Shown: positions 38,983 to 49,627 of the stretch, in pieces
How positions within the stretch are numbered: the first letter of the stretch is position 1
How the letters are laid out: each line of letters starts with the position of its first letter
Source of the DNA: Bacilli bacterium
Lineage (GTDB): Bacteria; Bacillota_I; Bacilli_A; RFN20; CAG-826
Direction of reading: 5' to 3'
Assembly (NCBI GenBank): GCA_045601085.1
Contig: JAZRZD010000034.1
Location: 1-54,570 of the forward strand
DNA: 54,570 nt
The notes under the pieces: model-generated
Seen by the model: the letters and a program-made list of their open reading frames with translations, nothing else
What the model was told of the DNA's origin: nothing
Databases searched by the model: none
Made by a program: the position numbers and the translations under genes

Positions 38983-40053
38983 ATGGAAGAAAGCATGTAT
39001 CAACGTCTAGAAGTGGCGGTCACTCGATTAAAAGAGATTGATGATCTTTTACTTGATGAAAACGTTACTAGAGATGCTAAACAATTTAGAGATTTATCAA
39101 AAGAAAGAGCGGTTCTTGATGAACAAGTTACTTTGTTTTTGAAATATAAAAAAGATGAAGAAGATAGGAAAGCTGCTTTAGAAATGGCTGCTGATTCTGA
39201 TCCTGAAATGTCTGAATTAGCTAAAGAGGAAATTAAAAGTTTAGATATAGAAATGGCGGATTTAGAAGAACAATTAAGAATTTTATTAATTCCAAAAGAT
39301 CCTAACGATGACAAGAATATTATTGTAGAAATCCGTGGTGCTGCTGGTGGAGATGAAGGCAATATCTTTGCAGGCGACTTATTTAGAATGTACACAAGAT
39401 ACGCTGAAACACAAAACTGGAAAATTCAAATGATTGATTCTTCGGCTAGTGAAGCAGGGGGATTCTCCAATGTTTCTTTCATGATTAAAGGAAAAGCAGT
39501 TTATTCAAAAATGAAATTTGAAAGTGGCGCTCATAGAGTTCAAAGAGTGCCTAAAACTGAAGCTAATGGAAGAATTCAAACTTCTACCGCTACAGTTTTA
39601 GTAATGCCAGAAGCTGAAGAAATTGATGTTCAAATTAATCCTAATGATTTACAAGTTGATACATATCACTCTCAAGGCGCAGGTGGACAAAACGTTAACA
39701 AAACTGAATCAGCAGTTAGAATTACTCATATTCCAACTGGCATTGTTGTAGCATGTCAAACTGAAAAATCTCAAATTCAAAATAGAGAAATTGCTATGCA
39801 AATGTTAAGAGCAAAGATGTATGCAACTCTTCAAGAAGAACAAGAAGCAAAATTAGGTGCTGAAAGAAAATTAAAGATTGGTACTGGTGATAGAAGTGAA
39901 AAGATTAGAACTTATAACTATCCACAAAATAGAGTAACTGATCATAGAATTGGTTTTACCATTCAAAAATTAGATAGAGTTATGGAAGGCGATTTGGATG
40001 AAGTTATTGATGCTTTAATTCATTTCGACCAAGCACAAAAGCTTTCTTCTTAA
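38983..40053 (+). CDS. prfA: Peptide chain release factor 1
   Basis: GGQ motif ([22 protein letters not shown]), PxT-type recognition region. 356 aa. Confidence 0.95.
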   Translation: MEESMYQRLEVAVTRLKEIDDLLLDENVTRDAKQFRDLSKERAVLDEQVTLFLKYKKDEEDRKAALEMAADSDPEMSELAKEEIKSLDIEMADLEEQLRILLIPKDPNDDKNIIVEIRGAAGGDEGNIFAGDLFRMYTRYAETQNWKIQMIDSSASEAGGFSNVSFMIKGKAVYSKMKFESGAHRVQRVPKTEANGRIQTSTATVLVMPEAEEIDVQINPNDLQVDTYHSQGAGGQNVNKTESAVRITHIPTGIVVACQTEKSQIQNREIAMQMLRAKMYATLQEEQEAKLGAERKLKIGTGDRSEKIRTYNYPQNRVTDHRIGFTIQKLDRVMEGDLDEVIDALIHFDQAQKLSS

Positions 40054-40054
40054 T

Positions 40055-41476
40055 ATGACTTATAGGGATTTATACTTCCTTTTAAAAGATAAAAAATCTG
40101 AATATTTTCCTGAAAGTGTTATCAATCATTTTCTTTGTGACTTTTATAATGTTTCTAACGATGATTTGCTATTACATTTTGATGATGAAATTCCTTATAA
40201 AGAAAATTTAGATAATGTTATTAATAGAATTCTTTCTGGAGAGCCAATTCAATATGTATTAAACAAAGCATCATTTTTAGGCGTTAACCTATACGTTGAT
40301 AACAATGTTTTAATTCCAAGACAAGAAACAGAACAACTTGTGTTAGACACTGTTAAAGTTATTAATAAAAGGTTTAAAAATTACAAAAATATACGCATCT
40401 TGGATATAGGATGTGGAAGTGGAAATATCGGAGTTTTGCTGGGGAAATTAGTAAAAAATTCTGAAATTTCTGCTATTGATATTTCTCCTAAAGCTGTTGA
40501 GATTTGTAGTAAAAACGCAAGTGATAATAATGTAAAGATTAACACCTATTGTTTTGATGTATTTACTGATGAACTTAAGAAATTAGGAAAGTTTGATCTA
40601 ATTATTTCCAATCCTCCATATATAAAGTCAAAAGATACTGTTGCAGATAATGTTTTTAAGTATGAACCACACCTAGCTTTATTTGCATCTCCACAAACAA
40701 GTTATTACGAAAGAATCATCGAACTATCTAAAACAATGTTAAATGACAATGGATTCATTGCATTTGAAATTGATAGCGATATGCAAGAAGTATTAGAAGA
40801 CAGTATTAAACAACATTGCAATTATAATTATGAGTTTAATAAAGACTTATATAATAATTTGCGATATCTTTATCTATATAAAAACACTATGGATTACAAA
40901 CTAATTGCAGAGAAATTATTAAATCATCAAGTTGTTGCTTTTCCTACTGATACAGTCATGGGATTAGGAGTTATTTTTGATGATGAAGTTGCATATGAAA
41001 ATCTCTGCGAAGTAAAACATAGACCAAAAGACAAACCATACACTTTAATGGTGGGTGATAAGTCTGAAATTAGTAAGTACGCTATTATTGATAAGAAAGT
41101 TAGTAAGGTTATTGATAAGTTATTACCTGGACCATTAACAATGTTATTAAAATCCAAAGATAATGTTCCTGGATTTGTAACTCACGATACTGGCATTATT
41201 GGTATTCGTGTTGCTCCTACTGAGACTATTAAAAACATTATAAATGCTGCAGAAAAGCCATTATTGGTTCCATCTGCAAATGTTAGTGGAGAAAAACCTG
41301 CATTAAATAGTGAGGAAGTTAAATCAATTTTTAAAGATACATTAGGATATATTGTTGAAGGTAACGCTGTTCTTGGAAAGCCATCAACGATTGTTGATTT
41401 AACTAGCGATTGTCCTAAAATTATAAGAGAAGGGGATATATCACTATCCCAAATAACAAAAGCGATGGAGGAATAA
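40055..41476 (+). CDS. prmC: Fusion protein: release-factor glutamine N5-methyltransferase PrmC (HemK) N-terminal domain + L-threonylcarbamoyladenylate synthase TsaC (YrdC/Sua5-type) C-terminal domain
   Basis: Residues 1-~285: SAM motif ILDIGCGSGNIG and NPPY motif (IISNPPYIKS). Residues ~290-473: YrdC-fold motifs VVAFPTDTVMGLGVIF, HRPKDKPYTLMV, PLLVPSANVSGEKPA. Single uninterrupted ORF. Confidence 0.8.
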   Translation: MTYRDLYFLLKDKKSEYFPESVINHFLCDFYNVSNDDLLLHFDDEIPYKENLDNVINRILSGEPIQYVLNKASFLGVNLYVDNNVLIPRQETEQLVLDTVKVINKRFKNYKNIRILDIGCGSGNIGVLLGKLVKNSEISAIDISPKAVEICSKNASDNNVKINTYCFDVFTDELKKLGKFDLIISNPPYIKSKDTVADNVFKYEPHLALFASPQTSYYERIIELSKTMLNDNGFIAFEIDSDMQEVLEDSIKQHCNYNYEFNKDLYNNLRYLYLYKNTMDYKLIAEKLLNHQVVAFPTDTVMGLGVIFDDEVAYENLCEVKHRPKDKPYTLMVGDKSEISKYAIIDKKVSKVIDKLLPGPLTMLLKSKDNVPGFVTHDTGIIGIRVAPTETIKNIINAAEKPLLVPSANVSGEKPALNSEEVKSIFKDTLGYIVEGNAVLGKPSTIVDLTSDCPKIIREGDISLSQITKAMEE

Positions 41477-41477
41477 T

Positions 41478-41912
41478 ATGAAAATAGCATTAGGCGCTGA
41501 TCATGGTGGATTTGCACAAAAAGAATTTGTTAAAGAAGCATTAAGTAAGGATTATGAAATTATAGATTTTGGTACATATTCTACTGATTCTTGTGATTAT
41601 GTAGATTTTGCTGAAAAGGTTGCAAGAAGTGTTGCTTCTGGTGAATCTAATTATGGAGTATTATTCTGCACAAGCGGTGAAGGCATGATTATGAGCGCGA
41701 ATAAAATTAATGGAGTTCGCGCAGGCATTGCATATAACGAAGATGTTGTCTCCGCTATGCGAAGACACAATGATGCGAACGTTATTGCATTCGGAAGTAA
41801 GTTCATGGATAACAATGATGTTGTGAATAGAATAAAGATATTCTTAACCACTGATTTCGAAGGTGGAAGACATCAAAGAAGAGTAAATAAAATAATTGAT
41901 TTAGAAAAATAA
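41478..41912 (+). CDS. rpiB: Ribose-5-phosphate isomerase B
   Basis: MKIALGADHGGF…LFCTSGEGMIMSANK. 144 aa. Confidence 0.9.
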   Translation: MKIALGADHGGFAQKEFVKEALSKDYEIIDFGTYSTDSCDYVDFAEKVARSVASGESNYGVLFCTSGEGMIMSANKINGVRAGIAYNEDVVSAMRRHNDANVIAFGSKFMDNNDVVNRIKIFLTTDFEGGRHQRRVNKIIDLEK

Positions 41913-41936
41913 GAAGAAATTGCCCCATTAATAAGT

Positions 41937-43088
41937 ATGGGGTTTTCTTTTACTTGTCATATTTGTGGTAATAACGATCCTAAATATATTGGTTACCGTA
42001 ATGGAAAACCATATTGTAGGAAATGCATATCTTTCGTGTGCCGAAGTCATGAACTACTTCCTCCTAAAGTAGAGAAAGCCCCTATTCACATTTCTTATGG
42101 ATTAAGTAAAGAACAACAAAGTTTATCTAATAAGCTTGTAGAAAATTATAAGCATGGGATAAATACATTAGTCCATGCAGTATGTGGATCTGGCAAAACA
42201 GAAATAGTTTTAAATGTTATTAAATATGCAATTGAATCAGGAGAATCTGTAGGCTTTGCTATACCAAGAAGAGATGTTGTTATTGAGTTATTTGATAGAT
42301 TAAGGACTATTTTTAAAGATAATAAAGTAACTGCAGTCTACGGAGGCAATACTGAAATATTAAATGGAAATCTCATTATTTTAACTACCCATCAACTATT
42401 TAGATATAGTAATTATTTTGATTTATTAATTATTGATGAAATTGATGCTTTTCCTTTTGAAGGCAATGATGTTTTAGAAAACATTACGTACCGAGCGGTT
42501 AAAGGCAAGTTAATTATGATGTCCGCAACTCCTAGCAAAACAGTTTTAAAGAAATTCTCTCAAGAAGGACATGATATCGTTACTTTATTTTCAAGGTTTC
42601 ATAAACATCCTTTGCCAGTTCCAATTATTCATAAAACTAAATTCCCATTCATAAAGCTTTTCTTAGACACAAAAAGATTATTAGGTTTAAATAAACCGTT
42701 ATTTATTTTTTGTCCAACAATTAAAATAAGTGAAAATATTTACAAAGTATTTTCTATATTTTTTAAACAAGGAAAATGTGTTCATTCTAAGTCAAAAAAT
42801 AGAGAAAAAGATATACAAGATTTTAAAAATAAAAAACTTCGTTATTTGGTAACTACATCAATACTAGAAAGAGGGGTTACAGTTGAGGGATTAAATCTAA
42901 TTGTTTATAAAGCCGATCACGCTATTTATACATCAAGGTCTTTAGTTCAGATTTCAGGTCGTGTAGGAAGAAAGAAAAATTGTCCGACTGGGGAGGTGAT
43001 TTATATTGTTTCAAACTCTAATGAGCAAGTTGAAGAATCTATATATGAAATTGAAACCGCAAACAAGAATTTGCAAGATATGTTTTAA
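41937..43088 (+). CDS. comFA: Competence protein ComFA-like DEAD/DEAH-box helicase with N-terminal zinc finger
   Basis: CHICGN…CRKC zinc ribbon. Walker A AVCGSGKTE. DEID box (LLIIDEID). Followed by comFC. Confidence 0.75.
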   Translation: MGFSFTCHICGNNDPKYIGYRNGKPYCRKCISFVCRSHELLPPKVEKAPIHISYGLSKEQQSLSNKLVENYKHGINTLVHAVCGSGKTEIVLNVIKYAIESGESVGFAIPRRDVVIELFDRLRTIFKDNKVTAVYGGNTEILNGNLIILTTHQLFRYSNYFDLLIIDEIDAFPFEGNDVLENITYRAVKGKLIMMSATPSKTVLKKFSQEGHDIVTLFSRFHKHPLPVPIIHKTKFPFIKLFLDTKRLLGLNKPLFIFCPTIKISENIYKVFSIFFKQGKCVHSKSKNREKDIQDFKNKKLRYLVTTSILERGVTVEGLNLIVYKADHAIYTSRSLVQISGRVGRKKNCPTGEVIYIVSNSNEQVEESIYEIETANKNLQDMF

Positions 43089-43671
43089 TGAAATAAAAAA
43101 TGAAAATATCGCTGATTTGATATTAAATAATGTATTTTTGTGTGAAAAATGCCGCAAATCACTAGAACCCAAATTCATTAGGTTTATGGTTAATGATACA
43201 CAAGCGTTAAGTATATATAACTATGACGATAAGATAAGGGAATTACTATATCAATTTAAGGGTTGTTATGATATTGAACTTAAAGATGTATTTTTATCTG
43301 ATTTTATTGATTATTTAAAGATTAAATATTATGGCTATGTTGCTATTCCTGCCCCATCATATATTCTTCATGATGAAAAGAGATCATTTAATCATGTAGA
43401 CGAACTAATAAATGTCATTGGTTTACCTAAATTAAAAGCATTTACTAAGATTAAAGATATAAAACAAGCAAATTCAAATAAAAGAGAAAGAAGTAATGTG
43501 AAAAATATTATAAAAATGTCCGATAAAATAAACGTAAAAGGGATGAATGTTTTACTTGTTGATGATGTTTTTACTACTGGAGCTACTATGAGGACAATGT
43601 TAAATTTAATTAAAACAAAAGAACCAAAAACAATAAAAATACTGGTTCTTTCTAAGACAGAAAATTTATAG
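43045..43671 (+). CDS. comFC: ComFC-family phosphoribosyltransferase-domain competence protein
   Basis: N-terminal CKICFNE…CEKC zinc motif. PRTase motif VLLVDDVFTTGATM. Start is uncertain: ATG 43045 or 43021, or TTG 43006. All overlap the comFA 3' end. Confidence 0.7.
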   Translation: MKLKPQTRICKICFNEIKNENIADLILNNVFLCEKCRKSLEPKFIRFMVNDTQALSIYNYDDKIRELLYQFKGCYDIELKDVFLSDFIDYLKIKYYGYVAIPAPSYILHDEKRSFNHVDELINVIGLPKLKAFTKIKDIKQANSNKRERSNVKNIIKMSDKINVKGMNVLLVDDVFTTGATMRTMLNLIKTKEPKTIKILVLSKTENL

Positions 43672-43775
43672 CGAGCAATATTTTTATATGATAAACATAT
43701 TGAATAATGTATACTATTAAACATAATGCTATGCATTGTATAAACTTGAAAGGCCGTGAATTCGGATGGTATTAA

Positions 43776-46163
43776 ATGATGGGATTTTTTGATAAAACCG
43801 CAATCAGAAAGTATGAAAAAGAAGCTGATAAAGTTATTGCATTAGAAAAAGAAATGGCTGCATTAAGCGATGATGATCTCCGTGCAAAAACTCCTTATTT
43901 TAAGGAAAGATTAGCAAATGGTGAAGATTTAGAAAACATCAAAATTGAAGCTTTTGCTGTTGCTAGAGAAGCTGCTAAACGTGCAATTAATGAATTTCCA
44001 TATAAAGTCCAAATTATTGGATCTTTAGTCATGAATGATGGCGATGTTGCCGAAATGAAAACTGGTGAAGGTAAAACTTTAACATGTACAATGGCGGTCT
44101 ATTTAAATGCTTTATCCGGTAAAGGTGTTCAAGTTATTACAGTTAATGAATACCTATCACAACGTGATGCTGAATGGATGGGTCAAGTTTATAGATATTT
44201 AGGTTTAACAGTAGGTGTAAACCTCCGTGCAAAGACAACCCAAGAAAAGAAAGAAGCATATCTTTGTGATATTACTTATACAACCAACTCAGAACTTGGT
44301 TTTGATTACTTAAGAGATAACATGGCAACAGAGCAATCTAGAAGAGTTCTCCGTGGATTAAATTTTGCCATTGTTGATGAAGCTGACTCAATTTTAATTG
44401 ATGAATCTCGTACCCCACTTATTATTTCTGGTGGTGCTAAAGCATCTCCTTCTCAATACACAGTTGCAGATAGATTTGCTAAATCATTAAGAAAAGAAAC
44501 AGATTTTGCTATAGATATTACTGATAAAACAGTGCATTTAACTGATGCTGGCAACGAAAAAGCAGAAAGAATGTTTGGTATTAAAAATCTCTACGCTCCT
44601 GAATATGCTGATCTTGTTCATAGGATTCATAATGCTTTAAAAGCAAACTTCATTATGATTAGAGATGTTGACTATTTAGTAGATGCTAATAAAGAAATTC
44701 AAATCATTGATCAATCTACAGGTCGTGTACTTCCAGGTAGAGAATGGTCTGATGGTTTACATCAAGCTATCCAAGCTAAAGAAAACGTTACAATTAAACA
44801 AGAAACTGTTACTTTAGCCACAATTACATATCAAAACTTCTTTAGACTTTACACCAAAATGGCAGGTATGACAGGTACTGCTAAGACTGAAGAAGAAGAA
44901 TTTAGAAAAATCTACAACATGCGTGTTGTTTGTATTCCTACAAATAGACCTGTTCAAAGAATTGATGCTTTAGATTATGTCTACGCTCATAAAGGTCCAA
45001 AACTTGCAGCCTTAATTAAAGAAGTTAAGGAACGTCACGAAAAAGGACAACCAATTTTAATTGGTACTGTATCAGTTGAATCTTCTGAGGAAATCTCTGC
45101 ATTACTTACTAAAGAAGGATTACAACATGAATTATTAAACGCTAAAAACCATGCTCGTGAAGCTGAAATTGTTGCACTTGCTGGTAGAAAAGGTGCAATT
45201 ACCTTGGCTACTAACATGGCTGGTCGTGGTACTGATATTAAGATTGATGATGAAGTCCGTGCTCTTGGTGGTCTTTGTGTATTTGGTACTGAAAGACATG
45301 AATCAAGACGTATTGATAACCAATTAAGAGGTCGTAGTGGACGTCAAGGTGATCCAGGATTCTCAAGATTTTATGTGTCATTTGACGATGATTTATTAAA
45401 AAGATTTGCTGCTGACGGTATCAAATCATTTATTGAAAAGAACTTCCATGATGAAGCTCTTGAAGCAAAGATGGTTACTAATGTAATTACTTCTGCTCAA
45501 AAAAGAATTGAAGGACAAAACTTTGATACTAGAAAAAGCTTATTAGATTATGATGATGTCTTAGCAAAGCAAAGACAAATTGTATATGGTAAACGTGACC
45601 GTATTATTGATGGTAGCAACATTGATGATATTGTTGACGAATTATTCCAAACAACCGGTACATTCTTAGCAAAAAGATGTGTTCCTGTTGGAAGTTCATC
45701 TGATTTAATTGATGCAAAATTATTAATCAAAGAAGTTGAACCAAGATTCCTTCCTCAAGGAAGTATTAAAGAAAACTTATATGATGAATCTCCTGTTGAA
45801 GATGTCGCACCAGACTTAGGTGAAGTTATTTATGACTACTTCAAATCTAGAGAAAAGTCATGGCCTGAAGAAGAAAAAGAAAGAATTGTTCGTGCAATTG
45901 TCTTGCACTGTATAGATCAAAACTGGACAAAACATATTGATGCTATGTCCAGATTAAGAGATTCTATCTTCTTGAGAAGCTATGCTCAAGTAAACCCATT
46001 ACAAGAATATGTTAATGAAGGCTATAGAATGTTTAGAGAATGTTTAGAAATGGCTAGTGTTGATGCTGTTTTAAACCTCGTTAATGTTCAATTAAGAGTT
46101 GCACCTCAACAAGAAACAACTACAGGTCCTATCGAGGACGCCGAAATCAAGGAAGATAAATAA
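43776..46163 (+). CDS. secA: Preprotein translocase ATPase SecA (795 aa; lacks the C-terminal zinc-binding tail)
   Basis: Walker A MKTGEGKTL, DEAD-like NBD motifs, HNAK… IRA domains. Ends …EDAEIKEDK with no terminal Cys/His cluster. Stop TAA overlaps the prfB ATG (TAATG). Confidence 0.95.
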   Translation: MMGFFDKTAIRKYEKEADKVIALEKEMAALSDDDLRAKTPYFKERLANGEDLENIKIEAFAVAREAAKRAINEFPYKVQIIGSLVMNDGDVAEMKTGEGKTLTCTMAVYLNALSGKGVQVITVNEYLSQRDAEWMGQVYRYLGLTVGVNLRAKTTQEKKEAYLCDITYTTNSELGFDYLRDNMATEQSRRVLRGLNFAIVDEADSILIDESRTPLIISGGAKASPSQYTVADRFAKSLRKETDFAIDITDKTVHLTDAGNEKAERMFGIKNLYAPEYADLVHRIHNALKANFIMIRDVDYLVDANKEIQIIDQSTGRVLPGREWSDGLHQAIQAKENVTIKQETVTLATITYQNFFRLYTKMAGMTGTAKTEEEEFRKIYNMRVVCIPTNRPVQRIDALDYVYAHKGPKLAALIKEVKERHEKGQPILIGTVSVESSEEISALLTKEGLQHELLNAKNHAREAEIVALAGRKGAITLATNMAGRGTDIKIDDEVRALGGLCVFGTERHESRRIDNQLRGRSGRQGDPGFSRFYVSFDDDLLKRFAADGIKSFIEKNFHDEALEAKMVTNVITSAQKRIEGQNFDTRKSLLDYDDVLAKQRQIVYGKRDRIIDGSNIDDIVDELFQTTGTFLAKRCVPVGSSSDLIDAKLLIKEVEPRFLPQGSIKENLYDESPVEDVAPDLGEVIYDYFKSREKSWPEEEKERIVRAIVLHCIDQNWTKHIDAMSRLRDSIFLRSYAQVNPLQEYVNEGYRMFRECLEMASVDAVLNLVNVQLRVAPQQETTTGPIEDAEIKEDK

Positions 46164-47270
46164 TGAAAGATTTAGTTACTTTTAGACAAGAACTAAGTGC
46201 TGTTGAAGAGAGAATCCTTCAACTCGGGTCTTCTCTTTGACCTCGACCAATTAAGTAAAGAAATTGAAGAATTAACAGCTATTAGTGAAAAGGAAGATTT
46301 CTGGAACAATCAGAATGAATCTTTAAGTGTGATTAATAAGCTAAATCACAATAGGAATATTGTTACTAAATATAAACAAATATCCACGAATTGCAGTGAT
46401 TTAAAAGAATTATTAGAACTTTCTGATGAATCAATTATTGATGAATTAGAATCTAATTTTAATCAACTAAAATCAGATGTTCATGATTTTGAATTAGAGA
46501 TTTTATTTTGTGAAGAATACGATCAATTAAACGCTATATTAGATATCCATGCAGGTAGTGGTGGAACAGAAGCTCAAGATTGGGCAGATATGCTTTATCG
46601 AATGTATGTCTTTTATGCTGAACATCACAAACTTAAGATGCAATTAATGTCTATGGAACCTGGTGAAGAGGCTGGTATTAAATCTGCAATGATTAAGATA
46701 TCTGGTCCAAATGCATATGGATTACTTAAAGGCGAAAAAGGAGTACATAGATTAGTAAGAATTTCTCCTTTTGATGCAAATAAAAGAAGGCACACCTCAT
46801 TTGCTTCTGTAAATGTAACTCCTGAGTTTAAAAACGACATTGATATCACAATAAATGATGCAGATTTAAAAGTTGATACATATAGAAGTGGTGGCGCTGG
46901 CGGCCAAAACGTTAATAAAGTTGAAACCGCTGTTAGAATTACACACTTACCAACTGGAATAGTGGTGTCATGTCAAATTGAACGTAGCCAATTACTAAAT
47001 AAAGAAACCGCAATGAGCATGTTAAAAAATAAACTTTATTTATTAGAAATAGAGAAAAGACAATCTCAATTAAATTCTATTGTTGGTGAAAAGAAAAACA
47101 TTGAATGGGGTAGTCAAATACGTTCATATGTATTCTGCCCTTATACATTAGTTAAAGACCATAGAAGTGATTTTGAAGTGGTTGATGTTCATGCTGTTAT
47201 GAATGGTGATTTAGATGATTTAATATTCTCTTATCTCAAGTTCTTAGCGCTTAATAGAAATACAAAATAA
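46163..47270 (+). CDS. prfB: Peptide chain release factor 2, requiring a programmed +1 ribosomal frameshift (frame 0: 46163..46237; skip T46238; resume 46239..47270)
   Basis: Frame-0 start [25 protein letters not shown] ends at the in-frame UGA of CUU UGA C (46235-46241). The +1 frame continues [14 protein letters not shown]… into ORF 46197..47270, which carries the GGQ motif ([24 protein letters not shown]) and SPF-type recognition. Confidence 0.9.
46226..46241 (+). promoter_or_regulatory. prfB autoregulatory +1 frameshift site (internal SD-like GGG … CUU UGA C)
   Basis: Canonical CUU-UGA-C slippery/stop context. Upstream G-rich tract (CUCGGGU) may act as the stimulatory SD-like element. 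Confidence 0.8.
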
Positions 47271-47282
47271 TTAGGGTTTTGC

Positions 47283-49262
47283 ATGGAAAATAGACAATTT
47301 ATTCTTAAAACCCCTTTAAAACCTACAGGGGATCAACCAACCGCAATAAAAGGTTTGGTAGATGGATTAAATTCTGGAAAGAAACTTCAAGTTCTTCTTG
47401 GAGCTACTGGCACAGGCAAGACTTTTACTATGGCAAATGTTATTGCAGAAGTTCAAAGACCAGCATTAATCTTGGTGCATAATAAAACTCTTGCAGGACA
47501 ACTATATTCTGAATTTAAAGAATTATTCCCTGATAACAGGGTGGAATATTTTGTTAGTAACTTTGATTTTTATCAACCTGAAGCATATATTCCAAAAAGT
47601 GATACCTATATTGATAAAAATGCTGTCATGAATGATGAAATTGAAATGCTTAGAACAAGCGCAATTAATTCAATTTTAGAAAGAAGAGACACAATTATTG
47701 TAGCCTCTGTTGCTTCTATATATGGCTTAACTGATCCTGATGAATATAAAAACTTAGTATTTGATATCCATGTTGGAGAAAAAATTAATAGAAATGAGTT
47801 TTTTACTAGACTAGTAGATGCACAATACCAAAGAAATAATCTTGATTGTGTTCCGGGTTCTTTTAGAGTTCGTGGAGATATTATTGAAATTGTGCCTGCA
47901 AATTATGATGATAACCGCGTTATTAGATTAGATACTTTTGGAGATGAAGTTGAACGTATTACTGAAGTTAATTTACTTACAGGGGAAGTGTTCCATTCTT
48001 ATAAGTCATATCCAATCTTCCCAGCTTATGACCATGCTTCAACAAGACAAAGAGTAAAAGAAGCATGTGTAACTATAAAGGAAGAACTTGTTGAAAGACT
48101 TGAATATTTTAAAAATGAAGGAAAATTATTAGAAGCAGAAAGACTAGAAATGCGTACCAACCAAGACATTGATTCATTAATGGAGTTTGGTATGTGTCCA
48201 GGAGTAGAAAACTATTCTAGACATATTGATAAACGTAAACCAGGAGAAAGACCATTCTGTTTATTAGATTATTTCCCTGATGATTTTATTTTGTTTGTGG
48301 ATGAATCTCATGCTACATTCCCTCAATTAAGAGGTATGTATAACGGTGATAGAAGCAGAAAAGAAACTTTAGTGGAATATGGTTTTAGACTACCTTCTGC
48401 ATTAGATAATAGACCTTTAAATTTTGTAGAATTTGAAGCAAAAATGCCACAAACGATATGTACAAGCGCTACTCCAGGAGAATATGAATTATGTAAATGT
48501 AACAATGAAGTAGTGGAACAAATTATTAGACCTACTGGGTTACTTGATCCACGTATTGAAGTACGACCTACAATGGGCCAAATTGATGACTTATTATTTG
48601 AAATTAACAAACGTATTGATAATAAAGAAAAAGTAATGATTGTTACTTTGACCATTAAAATGGCGGAAGACTTAACTGATTATCTTAAAGATAAAGGTAT
48701 TAAAGTTGCATATTTACATCATGAAACTAAAACATTAGAAAGAAGTGAATTAATTTACCAACTTAGAAAAGGTAAATATGATGTTTTAGTTGGTATTAAC
48801 TTACTTAGAGAAGGGCTAGATATTCCTGAAGTATCATTAGTGTGTATTTTAGACGCTGATAAAGAAGGATTCCTTAGAAGCGCTAGAAGCTTAATTCAAG
48901 TTACTGGTAGAGCAGCAAGAAATGAACATGGTTTAGTAGTTATGTATGCAGATAATATTACTGATTCTATGAAAACATGTATAGATGAAACCGCTAGAAG
49001 AAGAGCAGTTCAAGCACAATATAATGATGAAAACGGCATTATTCCTAAAACAATTATTAAGGAAATTAGGGCACCAATCAAAAATAGTGATGATGAATTA
49101 GAGCAAATGAAGTCACTTGCTAAGAAAGCATCACGTACTGAAATGAATAAACGAATCAAAGAATTAGAGAAAGAAATGAAACAAGCTGCTAAAGATTTTG
49201 ATTTTGAAAGAGCCGCGGAATTACGTGATATTATTTTGGAGTTAAAAGCGGAGCTAAACTGA
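47283..49262 (+). CDS. uvrB: Excinuclease ABC subunit B
   Basis: Walker [17 protein letters not shown], helicase motifs, C-terminal UVR domain ([11 protein letters not shown]). 659 aa. Confidence 0.95.
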   Translation: MENRQFILKTPLKPTGDQPTAIKGLVDGLNSGKKLQVLLGATGTGKTFTMANVIAEVQRPALILVHNKTLAGQLYSEFKELFPDNRVEYFVSNFDFYQPEAYIPKSDTYIDKNAVMNDEIEMLRTSAINSILERRDTIIVASVASIYGLTDPDEYKNLVFDIHVGEKINRNEFFTRLVDAQYQRNNLDCVPGSFRVRGDIIEIVPANYDDNRVIRLDTFGDEVERITEVNLLTGEVFHSYKSYPIFPAYDHASTRQRVKEACVTIKEELVERLEYFKNEGKLLEAERLEMRTNQDIDSLMEFGMCPGVENYSRHIDKRKPGERPFCLLDYFPDDFILFVDESHATFPQLRGMYNGDRSRKETLVEYGFRLPSALDNRPLNFVEFEAKMPQTICTSATPGEYELCKCNNEVVEQIIRPTGLLDPRIEVRPTMGQIDDLLFEINKRIDNKEKVMIVTLTIKMAEDLTDYLKDKGIKVAYLHHETKTLERSELIYQLRKGKYDVLVGINLLREGLDIPEVSLVCILDADKEGFLRSARSLIQVTGRAARNEHGLVVMYADNITDSMKTCIDETARRRAVQAQYNDENGIIPKTIIKEIRAPIKNSDDELEQMKSLAKKASRTEMNKRIKELEKEMKQAAKDFDFERAAELRDIILELKAELN

Positions 49263-49322
49263 AAATAATTTGATTAATTATTTCGTGTTATATACAATAT
49301 ATGAGCATAAAGGAAAAAGAAA

Positions 49323-49562
49323 ATGTCTAACTGGTACGATTGGTTATTCTTAATTGTTGGTATTATTATCATCATTTTATGTTTACTCCAAGGTGGTAAA
49401 TCAGAAGGTGCTTCTGGTGCTATTACTGGTGGTGGACTTAACGTGTTTGTTAAGACTAAAGAAAGAGGCGCTGAAAAAGTTGTTTCTATTCTTACATTAA
49501 TATTCGCAATTATCTTCTTTGTCCTTGCTATCCTTATTAATATATTCAATAAAGGTGCTTAA
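49323..49562 (+). CDS. secG: Preprotein translocase subunit SecG
   Basis: Two TM helices flanking the Gly-rich loop LLQGGKSEGASGAITGGG. 79 aa. RBS AAAGGAAAAAG. Confidence 0.75.
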   Translation: MSNWYDWLFLIVGIIIIILCLLQGGKSEGASGAITGGGLNVFVKTKERGAEKVVSILTLIFAIIFFVLAILINIFNKGA

Positions 49563-49585
49563 TAATTAAGTAAATAAACAAAAGA

Positions 49586-49618
49586 AAAGGGGTCCAGATG
49601 GATCCCTTTCTTTATTTT
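49586..49618. terminator. Bidirectional rho-independent terminator between secG (+) and the minus-strand membrane protein gene
   Basis: Stem AAAGGGGTCC/GGATCCCTTT with a 4-nt loop. T-run on the + side, A-run on the other. Confidence 0.7.
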
Positions 49619-49627
49619 CTAATAAGA

